This document shows, piece by piece, positions 24,096 to 33,573 of a DNA stretch of 64,000 nt. The notes beneath the pieces were generated by a model. It was given only the letters and a program-made list of their open reading frames with translations. It did no database searches and had not been told where the DNA came from. The position numbers were made by a program, and so were the translations under genes. How positions within the stretch are numbered: the first letter of the stretch is position 1; every line of letters starts with the position of its first letter. Origin of the DNA: Gammaproteobacteria bacterium (GTDB taxonomy: Bacteria > Pseudomonadota > Gammaproteobacteria > Ga0077536); the NCBI GenBank assembly GCA_963662545.2, contig CAXXLL010000003.1:1568001-1632000 (forward strand), written 5' to 3'.

Positions 24096-26249
24096 TTGCC
24101 ACCCTCGGACCGTGCTGAAGACCGGCGACGCGTAGAAGTTCTCGTCGAAGAACGGCGCCTGGAAGAAGCGGCGAGGGCACTCGAACCGATCTGCGAGAGT
24201 GCCTCCGCCACCGCGCGCGATTGGCTGATACTGGGCCAGCTGCGGCTACAGCTGAACCAGACCGCGGCCGCGCTAACTGCGCTCGAACGGGCCGATACCG
24301 AGAGTCCTGGCCAGGCATCGATCGTCAACGCCCTCGCCCATGCATTGTTTTCGCTCGGCCGTGCAGAGGATGCTTATGCGCGCCTCCAAGGCCAGATCGC
24401 ATGGACGCCCGGCGATCCCGAAATACACTTCAACCTCGGCTATATCGGCGAACAGCTGCAGAAACGAGACGAGGCTTGCGCCCATTACGGCGCAGCCTTA
24501 AATCTAGACGCCGACCATTATCGTGCGCGGCTGAACCGCGGCGCCTTGCTGAGCGATCTCGGAACCTTGGATGACGCGCTCGCGGATTACGAAGTCCTGG
24601 TCGAGGCCTATCCCGAGGACGCCGCGGCCTGGTTCAGCCGGGCTGAATGCCTCGTCAAATGCCGCCGATTCGTCGACGCAGCCGCTTCGGCCGAGCGCGC
24701 CCTGGCGATCGACCCAAGCTACGTCAAGGCCATGTTGTGTAAGGCCGTAGCGTTGGCGTCGTGCGGCGAAGTTCGCCCGGCACAGGACTTGTTCAATGCC
24801 GCCTGGGCGCAGAACCGCGATGCCGCGTCACGCTACGGCCACGCGGATGATCCGATGAGCTCGGTACCGGATGCCCGGGCGATCCACGTCTACCAGGAAT
24901 TCCAGTGCCTCTACCGGGCCGACTGGAGCGGCTACGCGGAATTCGCCGCGTCGTTCGAGAAATATATCGCGAGCGCAGAAGGTTCACCAAGCGACGTTTC
25001 AATGGCCTTTCCCGCGATGTACGCACCCCTTCCGGCGCAGAGCCGTGCAAAAGTTCATGTAGCGATTACCAGCGCGATCGCGTCGGTTGCCGGCGCGCCG
25101 ATGCCGCCGGTCTTGCCGTCGGGCAAACAACGATTACGCGTGGCCTACCTGTCGTCGAAGTTTCGGGCCAGCCCGTCTTTCGTCCTGGTCAACGGACTAC
25201 TCGAAGCGCACGATCGCGGCCGCTTCGAGATCTTCGGCTATGCCTTGAACCCGGACGATGGCAGCGTCGAACGCGTACAATCCGCAGACGCCGTCGACGT
25301 GTTCGTCGATCTCTCTGCGACGAACGACGAAGAAGCCGCCCGGCGGATCCGCGGCGACGGCATCGATATTCTGATCGATCTCAACGGCTACAGTAACGAA
25401 GCCCGTCCCGGGATCCTCGCGCGCCGCCCGGCGCCCCTGCAGGTCAATTATCTCGGCCACATGCACTCTCTCTACGCACCGTGGATCGATTACCGTTTCA
25501 CCGACGCGGTCGCGGAACCCGAGGCGGCCGGCTACTCACCGCCGGAAGCCCGCGTTTTTTTACCGCCCAGTTATTACGTCTACGACGAACGCCGCCGGCC
25601 TTCAAGCTTGGCCCCGGAGCGCACCGCACTGGGGCTGCCACAGGATGCTTTCGTGTTCTGTGCTTTCAGCGGCGTCGCGAAGATTGAACCCGTGGTTTTC
25701 GCGGCATGGATGGCGATACTCGAGCGTGTGCCGGACTCGGTCCTCTGGTTGCAGGATCCGGGTGACCCGGCAAAGGCCAATCTTCGCGGCGCGGCCGAGT
25801 GCGCCGGGATCGCGCCGGCGAGGCTCTGTTTCGTCGGGCGCATCGAGCATGTAAAACACCTCGAACGTCAACAGGCGGCCGATCTATTTCTCGACACCTT
25901 CACTCACGGCGCCCACGCGACCGGTCTGGATGCGCTCCATGCCTGCGTCCCCCTGGTAACCCGTCAGGGCGACAGTTTGGCTGCGCGCGTCGGTGCAAGC
26001 CTGCTCACCGCAGTCGGATTACCGGAACTCATAAGCTGCACAACACAGGCGTACATCGAATGCGCCTGTGAGCTGGCGCACGACCTCGACCGCCTGGCAG
26101 GGATCAGACGGCGCCTCAGCGCTACGATCGAGAACGACAACCCGTTTGCCTCGGCATCAGTCGCGACAAAAATCGAAGCCGCGTTCGAGCTGATGTGGGA
26201 GCACCATTGTGCAGGCGAATCGCCTGCCGACCTGCACACGGACGTTTAG
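24096..26249 (+). CDS. TPR-containing GT41 family glycosyltransferase (O-GlcNAc transferase/SPINDLY-like)
   Basis: Multiple TPRs, then LRVAYLS, IDILIDLNGYS, RPAPLQVNYLG, ADLFLDTF, ARVGASLL. Confidence 0.9.
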   Translation: MPPSDRAEDRRRVEVLVEERRLEEAARALEPICESASATARDWLILGQLRLQLNQTAAALTALERADTESPGQASIVNALAHALFSLGRAEDAYARLQGQIAWTPGDPEIHFNLGYIGEQLQKRDEACAHYGAALNLDADHYRARLNRGALLSDLGTLDDALADYEVLVEAYPEDAAAWFSRAECLVKCRRFVDAAASAERALAIDPSYVKAMLCKAVALASCGEVRPAQDLFNAAWAQNRDAASRYGHADDPMSSVPDARAIHVYQEFQCLYRADWSGYAEFAASFEKYIASAEGSPSDVSMAFPAMYAPLPAQSRAKVHVAITSAIASVAGAPMPPVLPSGKQRLRVAYLSSKFRASPSFVLVNGLLEAHDRGRFEIFGYALNPDDGSVERVQSADAVDVFVDLSATNDEEAARRIRGDGIDILIDLNGYSNEARPGILARRPAPLQVNYLGHMHSLYAPWIDYRFTDAVAEPEAAGYSPPEARVFLPPSYYVYDERRRPSSLAPERTALGLPQDAFVFCAFSGVAKIEPVVFAAWMAILERVPDSVLWLQDPGDPAKANLRGAAECAGIAPARLCFVGRIEHVKHLERQQAADLFLDTFTHGAHATGLDALHACVPLVTRQGDSLAARVGASLLTAVGLPELISCTTQAYIECACELAHDLDRLAGIRRRLSATIENDNPFASASVATKIEAAFELMWEHHCAGESPADLHTDV

Positions 26250-26256
26250 CCGTCAC

Positions 26257-27738
26257 TCATTGCGCGCCGTGGCGCCGCGATTTGATAGCGGCGAGCACGA
26301 CGACCAGGAGCAGAACGGCCAACAAGGGGCGATCCCCCAACCGCGTGTAGGGCGTGACGCCGGTACGCGGGATCAAGCCGGCACGCAGGCTGTTCGGTTC
26401 GAACTGCGCCGACTTAGCGACGATTTTTCCTCGATGATCGATCACCGCCGTGATGCCCGTGTTCGTTCCGCGCAGCAGGTACCGCCCTGTCTCCAGCGCC
26501 CGCATGCGCGCGATTTCCAGATGCTGGTGCGGCGCGATCGTGTCGCCAAACCACGCGTCGTTACTAACGTTAACCAGAAAAGCCGCGCCCGGCAGCGCGC
26601 GCGCGATCTCGCGGGGAAAGGCATCTTCGTAGCAAATCGAAAGACCCGCCGCATACCCGGCGACGGTGACCGTGGTCTGATCCTCCCGGCCGGGCGTGAA
26701 ATCGGACATCGGAATATTCAACAGGCGCGAGAGATCGCGCATGAAACCTTTTAAGGGGAAGACCTCCCCGAACGGGACCAGATGCCGTTTGTCGTAGCGG
26801 CCCGGCGTGGAACCCAGGTCGATGATGCTGTTGAAATAACGCTTGTTCCACGGCTCACCGGACAAGATGCCAATCAGGAGATCCGTGTTCGTTTCGCTGG
26901 CCCGGTCCTGCAGCGCTTGAATAGTCTCCGGCACTTCAAAGGGAAAAGCCGGGATCGCAGTCTCCGGCCAGATCACGATATCCGCGTCCCAATGCGGTTC
27001 CGTCAGGGATTGATAAAGTTCGAGTGTCGGTTGACGCACGTCATCGTGCCACTTAATGGCCTGTGGGACGGCGCCTTGCACGAGGACGACTGTGAGTTTC
27101 GGACCCGCGGCCCGAGTCCAGTTTATATGTGTCAGCCGCTCACCACCTATCACGATCGCCCCGATAGCGATTGCGAACGCGACGCGAACCTTCAAAGTGC
27201 TGAAAACGAAGGCAACGACGGCGGCGGCGATTACGACGACCACCAGCGAGCAGCCGTAAATGCCGACGATCGGCACGAACCCGGCCAAGGGAGAATCGAT
27301 CTGACTGTATCCCAAGGACAACCATGGAAATCCGCTGAAAAGGGTCGCGCGAAGCCACTCCGCGAGGACCCACAACGCAGGCGCTGAAAAAATCAAGCGA
27401 CCGGTCTCCTGGCGCGGCGAGTGAGCGTTCATCACGCCTGCGAACAGGGCCGGATAACAGGCCATACCCGCGATCAATACGGCTGTAACGCTTACCGAGA
27501 ACGCGTAGTACGGGACGCCGAATTGATGAATACTGACCTGCACCCACCAGACGCCGCAACCGAACATACCAAGCCCGTATAGCCACCCTGCGAGGGCCGC
27601 GCGCGACATACTGATTCCGCGGATGACGAGCAACAGCACGACCGGGGAAACAATCGCTACCGGCCATATGCCGAACGGCGCGAACGCAAGCGGCAAAATC
27701 GCACCGCCCGCTATGGCTGCCAGATAACGCTGCCACAT
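26257..27738 (-). CDS. lnt: Apolipoprotein N-acyltransferase
   Basis: LAFAPF, GFPWLSLGYSQ, IWPETA, YDKRHLVPFGE, SICYE, NVSNDAWFG, RMRALE. Confidence 0.97.
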   Translation of the reverse strand: MWQRYLAAIAGGAILPLAFAPFGIWPVAIVSPVVLLLVIRGISMSRAALAGWLYGLGMFGCGVWWVQVSIHQFGVPYYAFSVSVTAVLIAGMACYPALFAGVMNAHSPRQETGRLIFSAPALWVLAEWLRATLFSGFPWLSLGYSQIDSPLAGFVPIVGIYGCSLVVVVIAAAVVAFVFSTLKVRVAFAIAIGAIVIGGERLTHINWTRAAGPKLTVVLVQGAVPQAIKWHDDVRQPTLELYQSLTEPHWDADIVIWPETAIPAFPFEVPETIQALQDRASETNTDLLIGILSGEPWNKRYFNSIIDLGSTPGRYDKRHLVPFGEVFPLKGFMRDLSRLLNIPMSDFTPGREDQTTVTVAGYAAGLSICYEDAFPREIARALPGAAFLVNVSNDAWFGDTIAPHQHLEIARMRALETGRYLLRGTNTGITAVIDHRGKIVAKSAQFEPNSLRAGLIPRTGVTPYTRLGDRPLLAVLLLVVVLAAIKSRRHGAQ

Positions 27739-27788
27739 ATTTTGATCCGACTCTTATCGCGGCCGCGACTGTCGATGCCAGCCGCCGC

Positions 27789-28002
27789 TCATAGGTAGGA
27801 ATTTAGAGCTAGCACGGATACGCAAACGGTTTACGGGGCGACACAATAAAATGAAACCACAGAGATCACAGAACACACAGAGAAATACATTATGATTATT
27901 ATCTGTAAGCGGTCTTTTTTTCCTTTTCTCTGTGTCCTCTGTGATCTCTGTGGTTCATTGTGACCGTGTTTGGGGGCTTGGGGGATAAGAACTAACCTAT
28001 GA
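27789..28002. repeat. ~212-bp composite palindromic element, copy 1 (core inverted relative to copies 2 and 3)
   Basis: Outer IR TCATAGGT...ACCTATGA; inner arms AACCACAGAGATCACAGAACACACAGAGAAA / TTTCTCTGTGTCCTCTGTGATCTCTGTGGTT (27855-27955); flanks colinear with 36661-36871. Confidence 0.85.
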
Positions 28003-28009
28003 TCCTCGG

Positions 28010-28882
28010 CTAATTCGAGCCGGCGAGCGGCTCCTTCGGAACCGGTTCTTTACGGATGACTCGTAGGAGGCGAACCCGACGCCTGTCGGCGCGCAAGATC
28101 TTGAATTCGAAATTTGAGAATTCCAGCTCCTCTCCGCGATGGGGAAGATGTCCGAGTTCGTGAATGATGAATCCACCGACCGTTTCGTAATCCTTCGCCT
28201 CCCAGTTTGTTTGGAAATATTCGTTGAATTCTTCTATCGGTGTACGCGCTTTCACCGTGTAACGGTCGTCGCGGTGGCGCTTGATGTTGTCCTCTTCCGC
28301 CGGATCGTGTTCGTCATCGATCTCACCGACGATTTGCTCGATCACGTCCTCGATGGTAACAAGACCTGAAATACTGCCGTATTCGTCGACAACTATCGCG
28401 AGGTGATTTCTCCGTTCGCGGAATTCCCGCAGGAGAATGTTCAAGCGTTTGCTTTCCGGCACGAAAACGACTGGGCGGATCATATCTCGAATAACAAATT
28501 TGTTTTGCGTATCGGCAGCCAGGGACAACAGGTCCTTGGCAAGCAATATACCGAGAACATGCTCGCGCTTGTCATCATAGACAGGGAATCGTGAATGCCC
28601 GGAATCGATAATTTCCGGAAGAAATTCGGCGGGCTTCGAGTCTTCCTCGATAAATACAATCTCGGATCGGGGAACCATGATGTCGCGTACCTGAATTTCC
28701 GACACCAGCAGCGCGCCTTCCATCATCGCAACGGTATCCGTGTCGATGACGTGCCTTTCTTCGGCGTCATGCAGCTTGTCAACGAGCTGCATTCGATTAT
28801 CGCGCCTGACTCTGACGGCGCTCAGAAGGCGTCGAAATAACGCCTGTATCCGCCGGGGTCCCCTCGATTGACCGTCGGTCAT
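28010..28882 (-). CDS. corC: CBS/CorC domain Mg/Co transport-associated protein
   Basis: VRDIMVPR, SGHSRFPV, HLAIVVDEYG, TIEDVIEQIVGEI. Confidence 0.93.
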   Translation of the reverse strand: MTDGQSRGPRRIQALFRRLLSAVRVRRDNRMQLVDKLHDAEERHVIDTDTVAMMEGALLVSEIQVRDIMVPRSEIVFIEEDSKPAEFLPEIIDSGHSRFPVYDDKREHVLGILLAKDLLSLAADTQNKFVIRDMIRPVVFVPESKRLNILLREFRERRNHLAIVVDEYGSISGLVTIEDVIEQIVGEIDDEHDPAEEDNIKRHRDDRYTVKARTPIEEFNEYFQTNWEAKDYETVGGFIIHELGHLPHRGEELEFSNFEFKILRADRRRVRLLRVIRKEPVPKEPLAGSN

Positions 28883-28891
28883 TGATTCAAC

Positions 28892-29413
28892 TTACGCAAA
28901 TTTCGGATCCGGATATCCCATATCCGAGAGAATCGCGCGTTCTTTGTCCTCCATTTCACGAGCTTGAGATTCTTTTTCGTGATCGAACCCCAAAAGATGC
29001 AGAATTCCATGCACGATCAAATGCGCCCAGTGCGCCTTGCGCGCAATGCCGTTCGCGTCGGCTTCAGCATTCGCTAGCGCGATGCAAATGACGACGTCGC
29101 CCAGCAGGTCAGGCACGGCATGTTCCAGCCCCTCAACGGGAAACGATAACACATTGGTCGGCTTGTTTATTCCGCGCCAACGCCTGTTGAGTTCGCATGA
29201 TTCTTCGGTGTCTACAAGGCGAATGGTCAATTCCGCGTGATTGCGGAACGATGACAAAACACGCCTCGCGCAATCCTCGAAAAAGATCGTCTCGGGAATA
29301 TCCAGTGCAGTCGATCCGATTTGCAGATCAAGATCGACCGTGCAGGGCGGCTCGTGACTCACTTTCGATGGCGGTGGTCCGGTGTTTTGCTCATCGTTCG
29401 CCGTCTTCTTCAT
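28892..29413 (-). CDS. ybeY: rRNA maturation endoribonuclease YbeY
   Basis: PTNVLSF, LGDVVIC, HLIVHGILHLLGFDH zinc motif. Confidence 0.97.
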   Translation of the reverse strand: MKKTANDEQNTGPPPSKVSHEPPCTVDLDLQIGSTALDIPETIFFEDCARRVLSSFRNHAELTIRLVDTEESCELNRRWRGINKPTNVLSFPVEGLEHAVPDLLGDVVICIALANAEADANGIARKAHWAHLIVHGILHLLGFDHEKESQAREMEDKERAILSDMGYPDPKFA

Positions 29414-29420
29414 GGCCTAG

Positions 29421-29582
29421 GGCACCTCTGAATAAGTTAAGGTGCGGGTGAATGGTGCATGAAATCGCGCAGATCAAGGCACGAATCGCAGCCCCTAGCG
29501 GGGACTATTGGCAAGATTCGTAACGTTAGGCTCCGCGATTTCAAGCGCAAGGCAAGTGTGCCATAACTTATTCAAAGGTTTC
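29421..29582 (+). mobile_element. 162-bp MITE family copy B
   Basis: CTAG|GGCACCTCTGAATAAG...CTTATTCAAAGGTTTC|CCAG; overlaps the phoH stop. Confidence 0.85.
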
Positions 29583-30540
29583 CCAGATCTTCCGATTTTT
29601 CATGCGCAGCGTATGCATCTAGAATGCGGGCCACCAACGTATGCCGGACCACATCTCGAGAATGGAAAAATGTAAAGCTGATTCCCTGCACATTATTCAG
29701 GATGTCGATTATGTGCTTCAATCCAGAAGTCCGGCCGCGTGGCAGGTCAATTTGAGTGACATCTCCAGTAACGACCGTTTTTGAGCCGAACCCGAGGCGT
29801 GTAAGAAACATTTTCATTTGCTCAATGGTCGTATTTTGAGCTTCATCCAATATGATGAATGATTCATTCAGTGTCCGGCCGCGCATAAAAGCCAGCGGTG
29901 TAACTTCGATGACGTTTCGCTCGATCAGCTTTGCAACGCGCTCGAATCCCAACATCTCATAGAGCGCGTCGTATAACGGGCGCAGGTATGGATCGACTTT
30001 CTGTGCCATGTCCCCAGGTAAGAACCCGAGGCGTTCGCCGGCCTCTACGGCGGGCCTGACCAGACAGACGCGCCTCACGGTTTCGGCCTCGAGGGCGGCG
30101 ACCGCGCAAGCCACTGCAAGATAGGTTTTACCAGTACCTGCCGGCCCCACGCCAAAGCTGATGTCATTCATCCGGATAGCTTCGAGATATCGGCGCTGGT
30201 TTTCGCCTCGCGGTCGGATCAGTGCCCGCCGGGTTCGAATCGATTCGTCGCCCTCACCCGCTGGTTGATCTTCATTTTCGGAACTTCGTAGTTCGAGGTG
30301 TACATCTGTCGGGGAGAGCGTTTTCGTTTCGGTCAACGAATATAGTTGTCGAATGACGTGCTCGGTTGCGACGACGTCGTCGTCGGTACCCGTCAACTTG
30401 AATTGATTTCCCCGGTTCCCGATTTCCACGCCGGTGCGGCGCTCGAGAAGTCGCAAATGCTCGTCGAATTGGCCGCACAGGTTGGCCAAGCGCTCATTGT
30501 CGGCCGGCTCGAGGGTAACTTCGATTGCTAAGATGCTCAC
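29572..30540 (-). CDS. ybeZ: PhoH-family ATPase (YbeZ)
   Basis: GPAGTGKTYLA, RPAVEAGERLGFLPGD, FMRGRTL, LDEAQN. Confidence 0.95.
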   Translation of the reverse strand: MSILAIEVTLEPADNERLANLCGQFDEHLRLLERRTGVEIGNRGNQFKLTGTDDDVVATEHVIRQLYSLTETKTLSPTDVHLELRSSENEDQPAGEGDESIRTRRALIRPRGENQRRYLEAIRMNDISFGVGPAGTGKTYLAVACAVAALEAETVRRVCLVRPAVEAGERLGFLPGDMAQKVDPYLRPLYDALYEMLGFERVAKLIERNVIEVTPLAFMRGRTLNESFIILDEAQNTTIEQMKMFLTRLGFGSKTVVTGDVTQIDLPRGRTSGLKHIIDILNNVQGISFTFFHSRDVVRHTLVARILDAYAAHEKSEDLGNL

Positions 30541-31884
30541 TTATGCCGTTTCGTCACAAAGCGCGAGAATATTACCGCGCAATGAGTTCGGCAGAGCTTC
30601 GGCAATTTCTATATCGACGAATTCGCCGATAAGCGAAGACTCTCCTGGGAAATTTACGACGCGGTTGTTCTCAGTCCTCCCGCTGAGTTCTTCGGGATTC
30701 TTTTTGGATATTCCCGTTACGAGTACCTGCTCGACATTACCAATCATTTTTTCGCTGTAACAATCGGCTAATTCGGTAATACGGCGTTGAAGAATCGCAA
30801 GTCGATGCTGCTTCTCTTCGGTCCTTACGCCGTCGGGAAGGGCCGCCGCTGGCGTTCCCGGGCGAGGGCTGTAAATGAAACTGAAAGACTGATCGAATTC
30901 GACTTCATTGATCAAATCCATCGTGGCGTCGAAATCTTCCTGGTTTTCTCCGGGAAACCCAATGATGAAATCCGAGGACACTGAAATACCAGGTCGCGCG
31001 AGCTTGAGCCGCTTAATGATCGATTTGTACTCCAATGCGGTATGTCCACGCTTCATTAACGACAGAATTCGATCGGAACCCGATTGCACCGGAAGATGTA
31101 CATGGCTCACCAGTTTTGGCACGTCTTTGTAAACTTCGATCAAACGATCCGTGAATTCGATCGGATGCGAAGTGGTGTATCGAATCCTCGCCACCCCGTC
31201 GATGCTGGCGACGTAGCGAATCAAGGCCGCCAAATCCATGACCCGACCGTCGTGGGTGATCCCTCGGTAAGCATTGACGTTTTGCCCGAGTAATACGATT
31301 TCGCGGACGCCTTTTCCGGCTAGTTCATAGATCTCGGTGATTACATCGTCGAAAGGGCGGCTGAATTCTTCGCCTCGCGTATAGGGAACGACGCAAAAAC
31401 TGCAATATTTACTGCATCCCTCCATGACGGACACATAAGCGCCTGGTCCTTTGACCTTCGCTTCGGGAAGATTGTCGAATTTTTCAATTTCTGGAAAACT
31501 GACATCGATTACCTGCTCGGCGCCGTTTTCGATTTTCGCAATGAGCGCGGGTAAGCGGTGTAGTGTCTGTGGCCCGAACACAATGTCGACATAGGGCGCG
31601 CGGGCCCATATCTGATCCCCTTCCTGACTCGCAACGCACCCACCGACCCCGATGATTACCTTACGCCCGTTCTCTTTGAGCGGGCGCCACCTGCCGAGTT
31701 CTGAGAACAGCTTTTCCTGAGCCTTTTCTCTCACTGAACAGGTGTTCATCAAAAGAACCTGCGCATGTTCGGGTGCAGACACCCGCACCAGGCCGTGGGT
31801 TCGCTCCAATATGGCTGCCATTTTGTCCGAATCGTATTCGTTCATCTGGCAACCGAACGTCTTTATATACAGTCCCTCAGCCAT
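30541..31884 (-). CDS. miaB: tRNA-2-methylthio-N6-dimethylallyladenosine synthase
   Basis: [37 protein letters not shown] radical-SAM motif, TRAM domain. Confidence 0.98.
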   Translation of the reverse strand: MAEGLYIKTFGCQMNEYDSDKMAAILERTHGLVRVSAPEHAQVLLMNTCSVREKAQEKLFSELGRWRPLKENGRKVIIGVGGCVASQEGDQIWARAPYVDIVFGPQTLHRLPALIAKIENGAEQVIDVSFPEIEKFDNLPEAKVKGPGAYVSVMEGCSKYCSFCVVPYTRGEEFSRPFDDVITEIYELAGKGVREIVLLGQNVNAYRGITHDGRVMDLAALIRYVASIDGVARIRYTTSHPIEFTDRLIEVYKDVPKLVSHVHLPVQSGSDRILSLMKRGHTALEYKSIIKRLKLARPGISVSSDFIIGFPGENQEDFDATMDLINEVEFDQSFSFIYSPRPGTPAAALPDGVRTEEKQHRLAILQRRITELADCYSEKMIGNVEQVLVTGISKKNPEELSGRTENNRVVNFPGESSLIGEFVDIEIAEALPNSLRGNILALCDETA

Positions 31885-32052
31885 CGCGGTTTTTCATCAA
31901 AGCGTCTCTTGATACGGGTTTATTCAATCTGAAAATTCCATCACGTACACTAAGCTACACTTTATCTTGCACTATTTGAATATCTTCGCGACGCGCGATG
32001 CACCGCCGATCAGGTGCCATATTATCCGCAAAACGGTCGTTTGAGAGCCTAA

Positions 32053-32086
32053 CAGGATATTGAAAAACGTGTTTTTCGACACGCCG
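32053..32086. repeat. Minimal hairpin of the CAGG(A/C)TGTTGAAAAA-ended element family
   Basis: CTAA|CAGGATATTGAAAAAC-GT-GTTTTTCGACACGCCG|CTA (panC stop); ends resemble 56449-56581. Confidence 0.5.
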
Positions 32087-32962
32087 CTATAAGGACGCCC
32101 CGCGCAAAGGTTCCTCGAGTAAAACCTGCACGTTGTCTATGAGTCGGGCTTTCCCAAGCCATACCGCCATAAGAATGATCAATTCCCGGTCGCCGGTCCC
32201 TGCTGGAGTGAGATCTTCGCTTCGCCGCACCGAGACATACTCGAGGCGCATGCCTTTTTCTTCGACGGCCTCACGACAAGCCGCTTCCAAAATTGTAATC
32301 GTCGTCCTTTGTAATTTCAGATTTTCCGCCGCCGTACTCAGAGATTCGTAGATTACGGCAGCATACTGACGGAATTCTGACGTCAGATAATTGTTGCGTG
32401 AACTCATAGCAAGCCCATTGTCTTCGCGGATGATCGGCAGAGCGATGATCTCCACTGGAATCAAAAGGTCCTGCACCATCCGCCGAATGACGAGAACCTG
32501 TTGAAAATCCTTCTCACCGAACAGGGCGAAATCCGGCTGTACGTTGTTCAATAGTTTGATTACGACGGTGGCGACACCGGTGAAATGCCCGGGCCGGGAT
32601 TCGCCGCACAATATCTCTGAGATAGCAGGAACGGTCACCCTCGTGTCTTCCGTGATTCCACCGGGATACAATTCCTTCAGATTGGGCGTGAAAACGAGAT
32701 CGACTCCGGCCCGCTCCAGCTTTTCGTTGTCTGAATCCAGCGTGCTCGGATAATGCTCGTAATCCTCGCCCCGGCCGAACTGTATCGGATTGACGAAAAT
32801 ACTGACCACGGTCCTTTTGGCAATCCCCCGCGCATGGCTTAGAAGGGAAAGATGACCTTCATGCAAGTTCCCCATGGTCGGGACGAGCGCGATCTTGTCA
32901 TCCGTTCTCTTCCACTCGCGAATTAACCGCCGAAGAGATTTTATGTCGTGGATCGTATTCAT
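32087..32962 (-). CDS. panC: Pantoate--beta-alanine ligase
   Basis: VPTMGNLHEGH, SIFVNPIQF, RPGHFTGV, FGEKDFQQ, GLAMSSRN, RLIDN. Confidence 0.98.
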   Translation of the reverse strand: MNTIHDIKSLRRLIREWKRTDDKIALVPTMGNLHEGHLSLLSHARGIAKRTVVSIFVNPIQFGRGEDYEHYPSTLDSDNEKLERAGVDLVFTPNLKELYPGGITEDTRVTVPAISEILCGESRPGHFTGVATVVIKLLNNVQPDFALFGEKDFQQVLVIRRMVQDLLIPVEIIALPIIREDNGLAMSSRNNYLTSEFRQYAAVIYESLSTAAENLKLQRTTITILEAACREAVEEKGMRLEYVSVRRSEDLTPAGTGDRELIILMAVWLGKARLIDNVQVLLEEPLRGASL

Positions 32963-33063
32963 TACTCAAGGCACGTTGTTTCGCTACATTGCCGGTTGGA
33001 ACGTAAAGGACCGCAAGTCATTCCCGCAATGCCCTAGCAGCCTGCAGGCATCACCAAACGCCA

Positions 33064-33573
33064 TCACGCTGGCGTGAGAGGTTCCTCTATTCTTATCACT
33101 TCTGTCGTATCGATCATCCCGAGAAGTTCACTGATGGAGGCGTGCCCCGGTATCGATAAGTCCGGGTCTATTTCGGCCATGGGAACGAGAACGAACGCGC
33201 GTTCTGGAATCCCCGGGTGTGGAACGCGCAGTCCGGGTTGGTCGATGATTTCATCGCCATAGATGAGCAGATCGAGATCAATCGTCCTCGGCCCCCAACG
33301 AATTCCGTCCCGTATCCGGCCCTGAGCACACTCTATCGATTGCAAATGTTTCAACAAGGCATGGGGCTCGAGGCGGGTGGCGAGCCGAACCACGGCATTG
33401 ACGTAGTCCGGTTGATCCGGCGGACCCATGGGTGGAGTTTGATAAAGCGACGAACAACTATCGATTCTGCTGGACGGGATCGACGCCAATCGATCGGTGG
33501 CGTTATGGATCTGCTTGACCGGATCGCCAAGATTGCTGCCGAAGCCGATAAAACTCGCTACTTCAATTCGCAT
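33064..33573 (-). CDS. folK: HPPK folate pyrophosphokinase
   Basis: GSNLG, QPDYVNAV, WGPRTIDLDLL, VPHP..RAFVL. Confidence 0.97.
   Translation of the reverse strand: MRIEVASFIGFGSNLGDPVKQIHNATDRLASIPSSRIDSCSSLYQTPPMGPPDQPDYVNAVVRLATRLEPHALLKHLQSIECAQGRIRDGIRWGPRTIDLDLLIYGDEIIDQPGLRVPHPGIPERAFVLVPMAEIDPDLSIPGHASISELLGMIDTTEVIRIEEPLTPA

Noticed and set aside
27855-27955. CRISPR array
   Set aside because: The repeats are 9-nt units in inverted arms, not 23-47-nt direct repeats with unique spacers; no cas genes are in the window.
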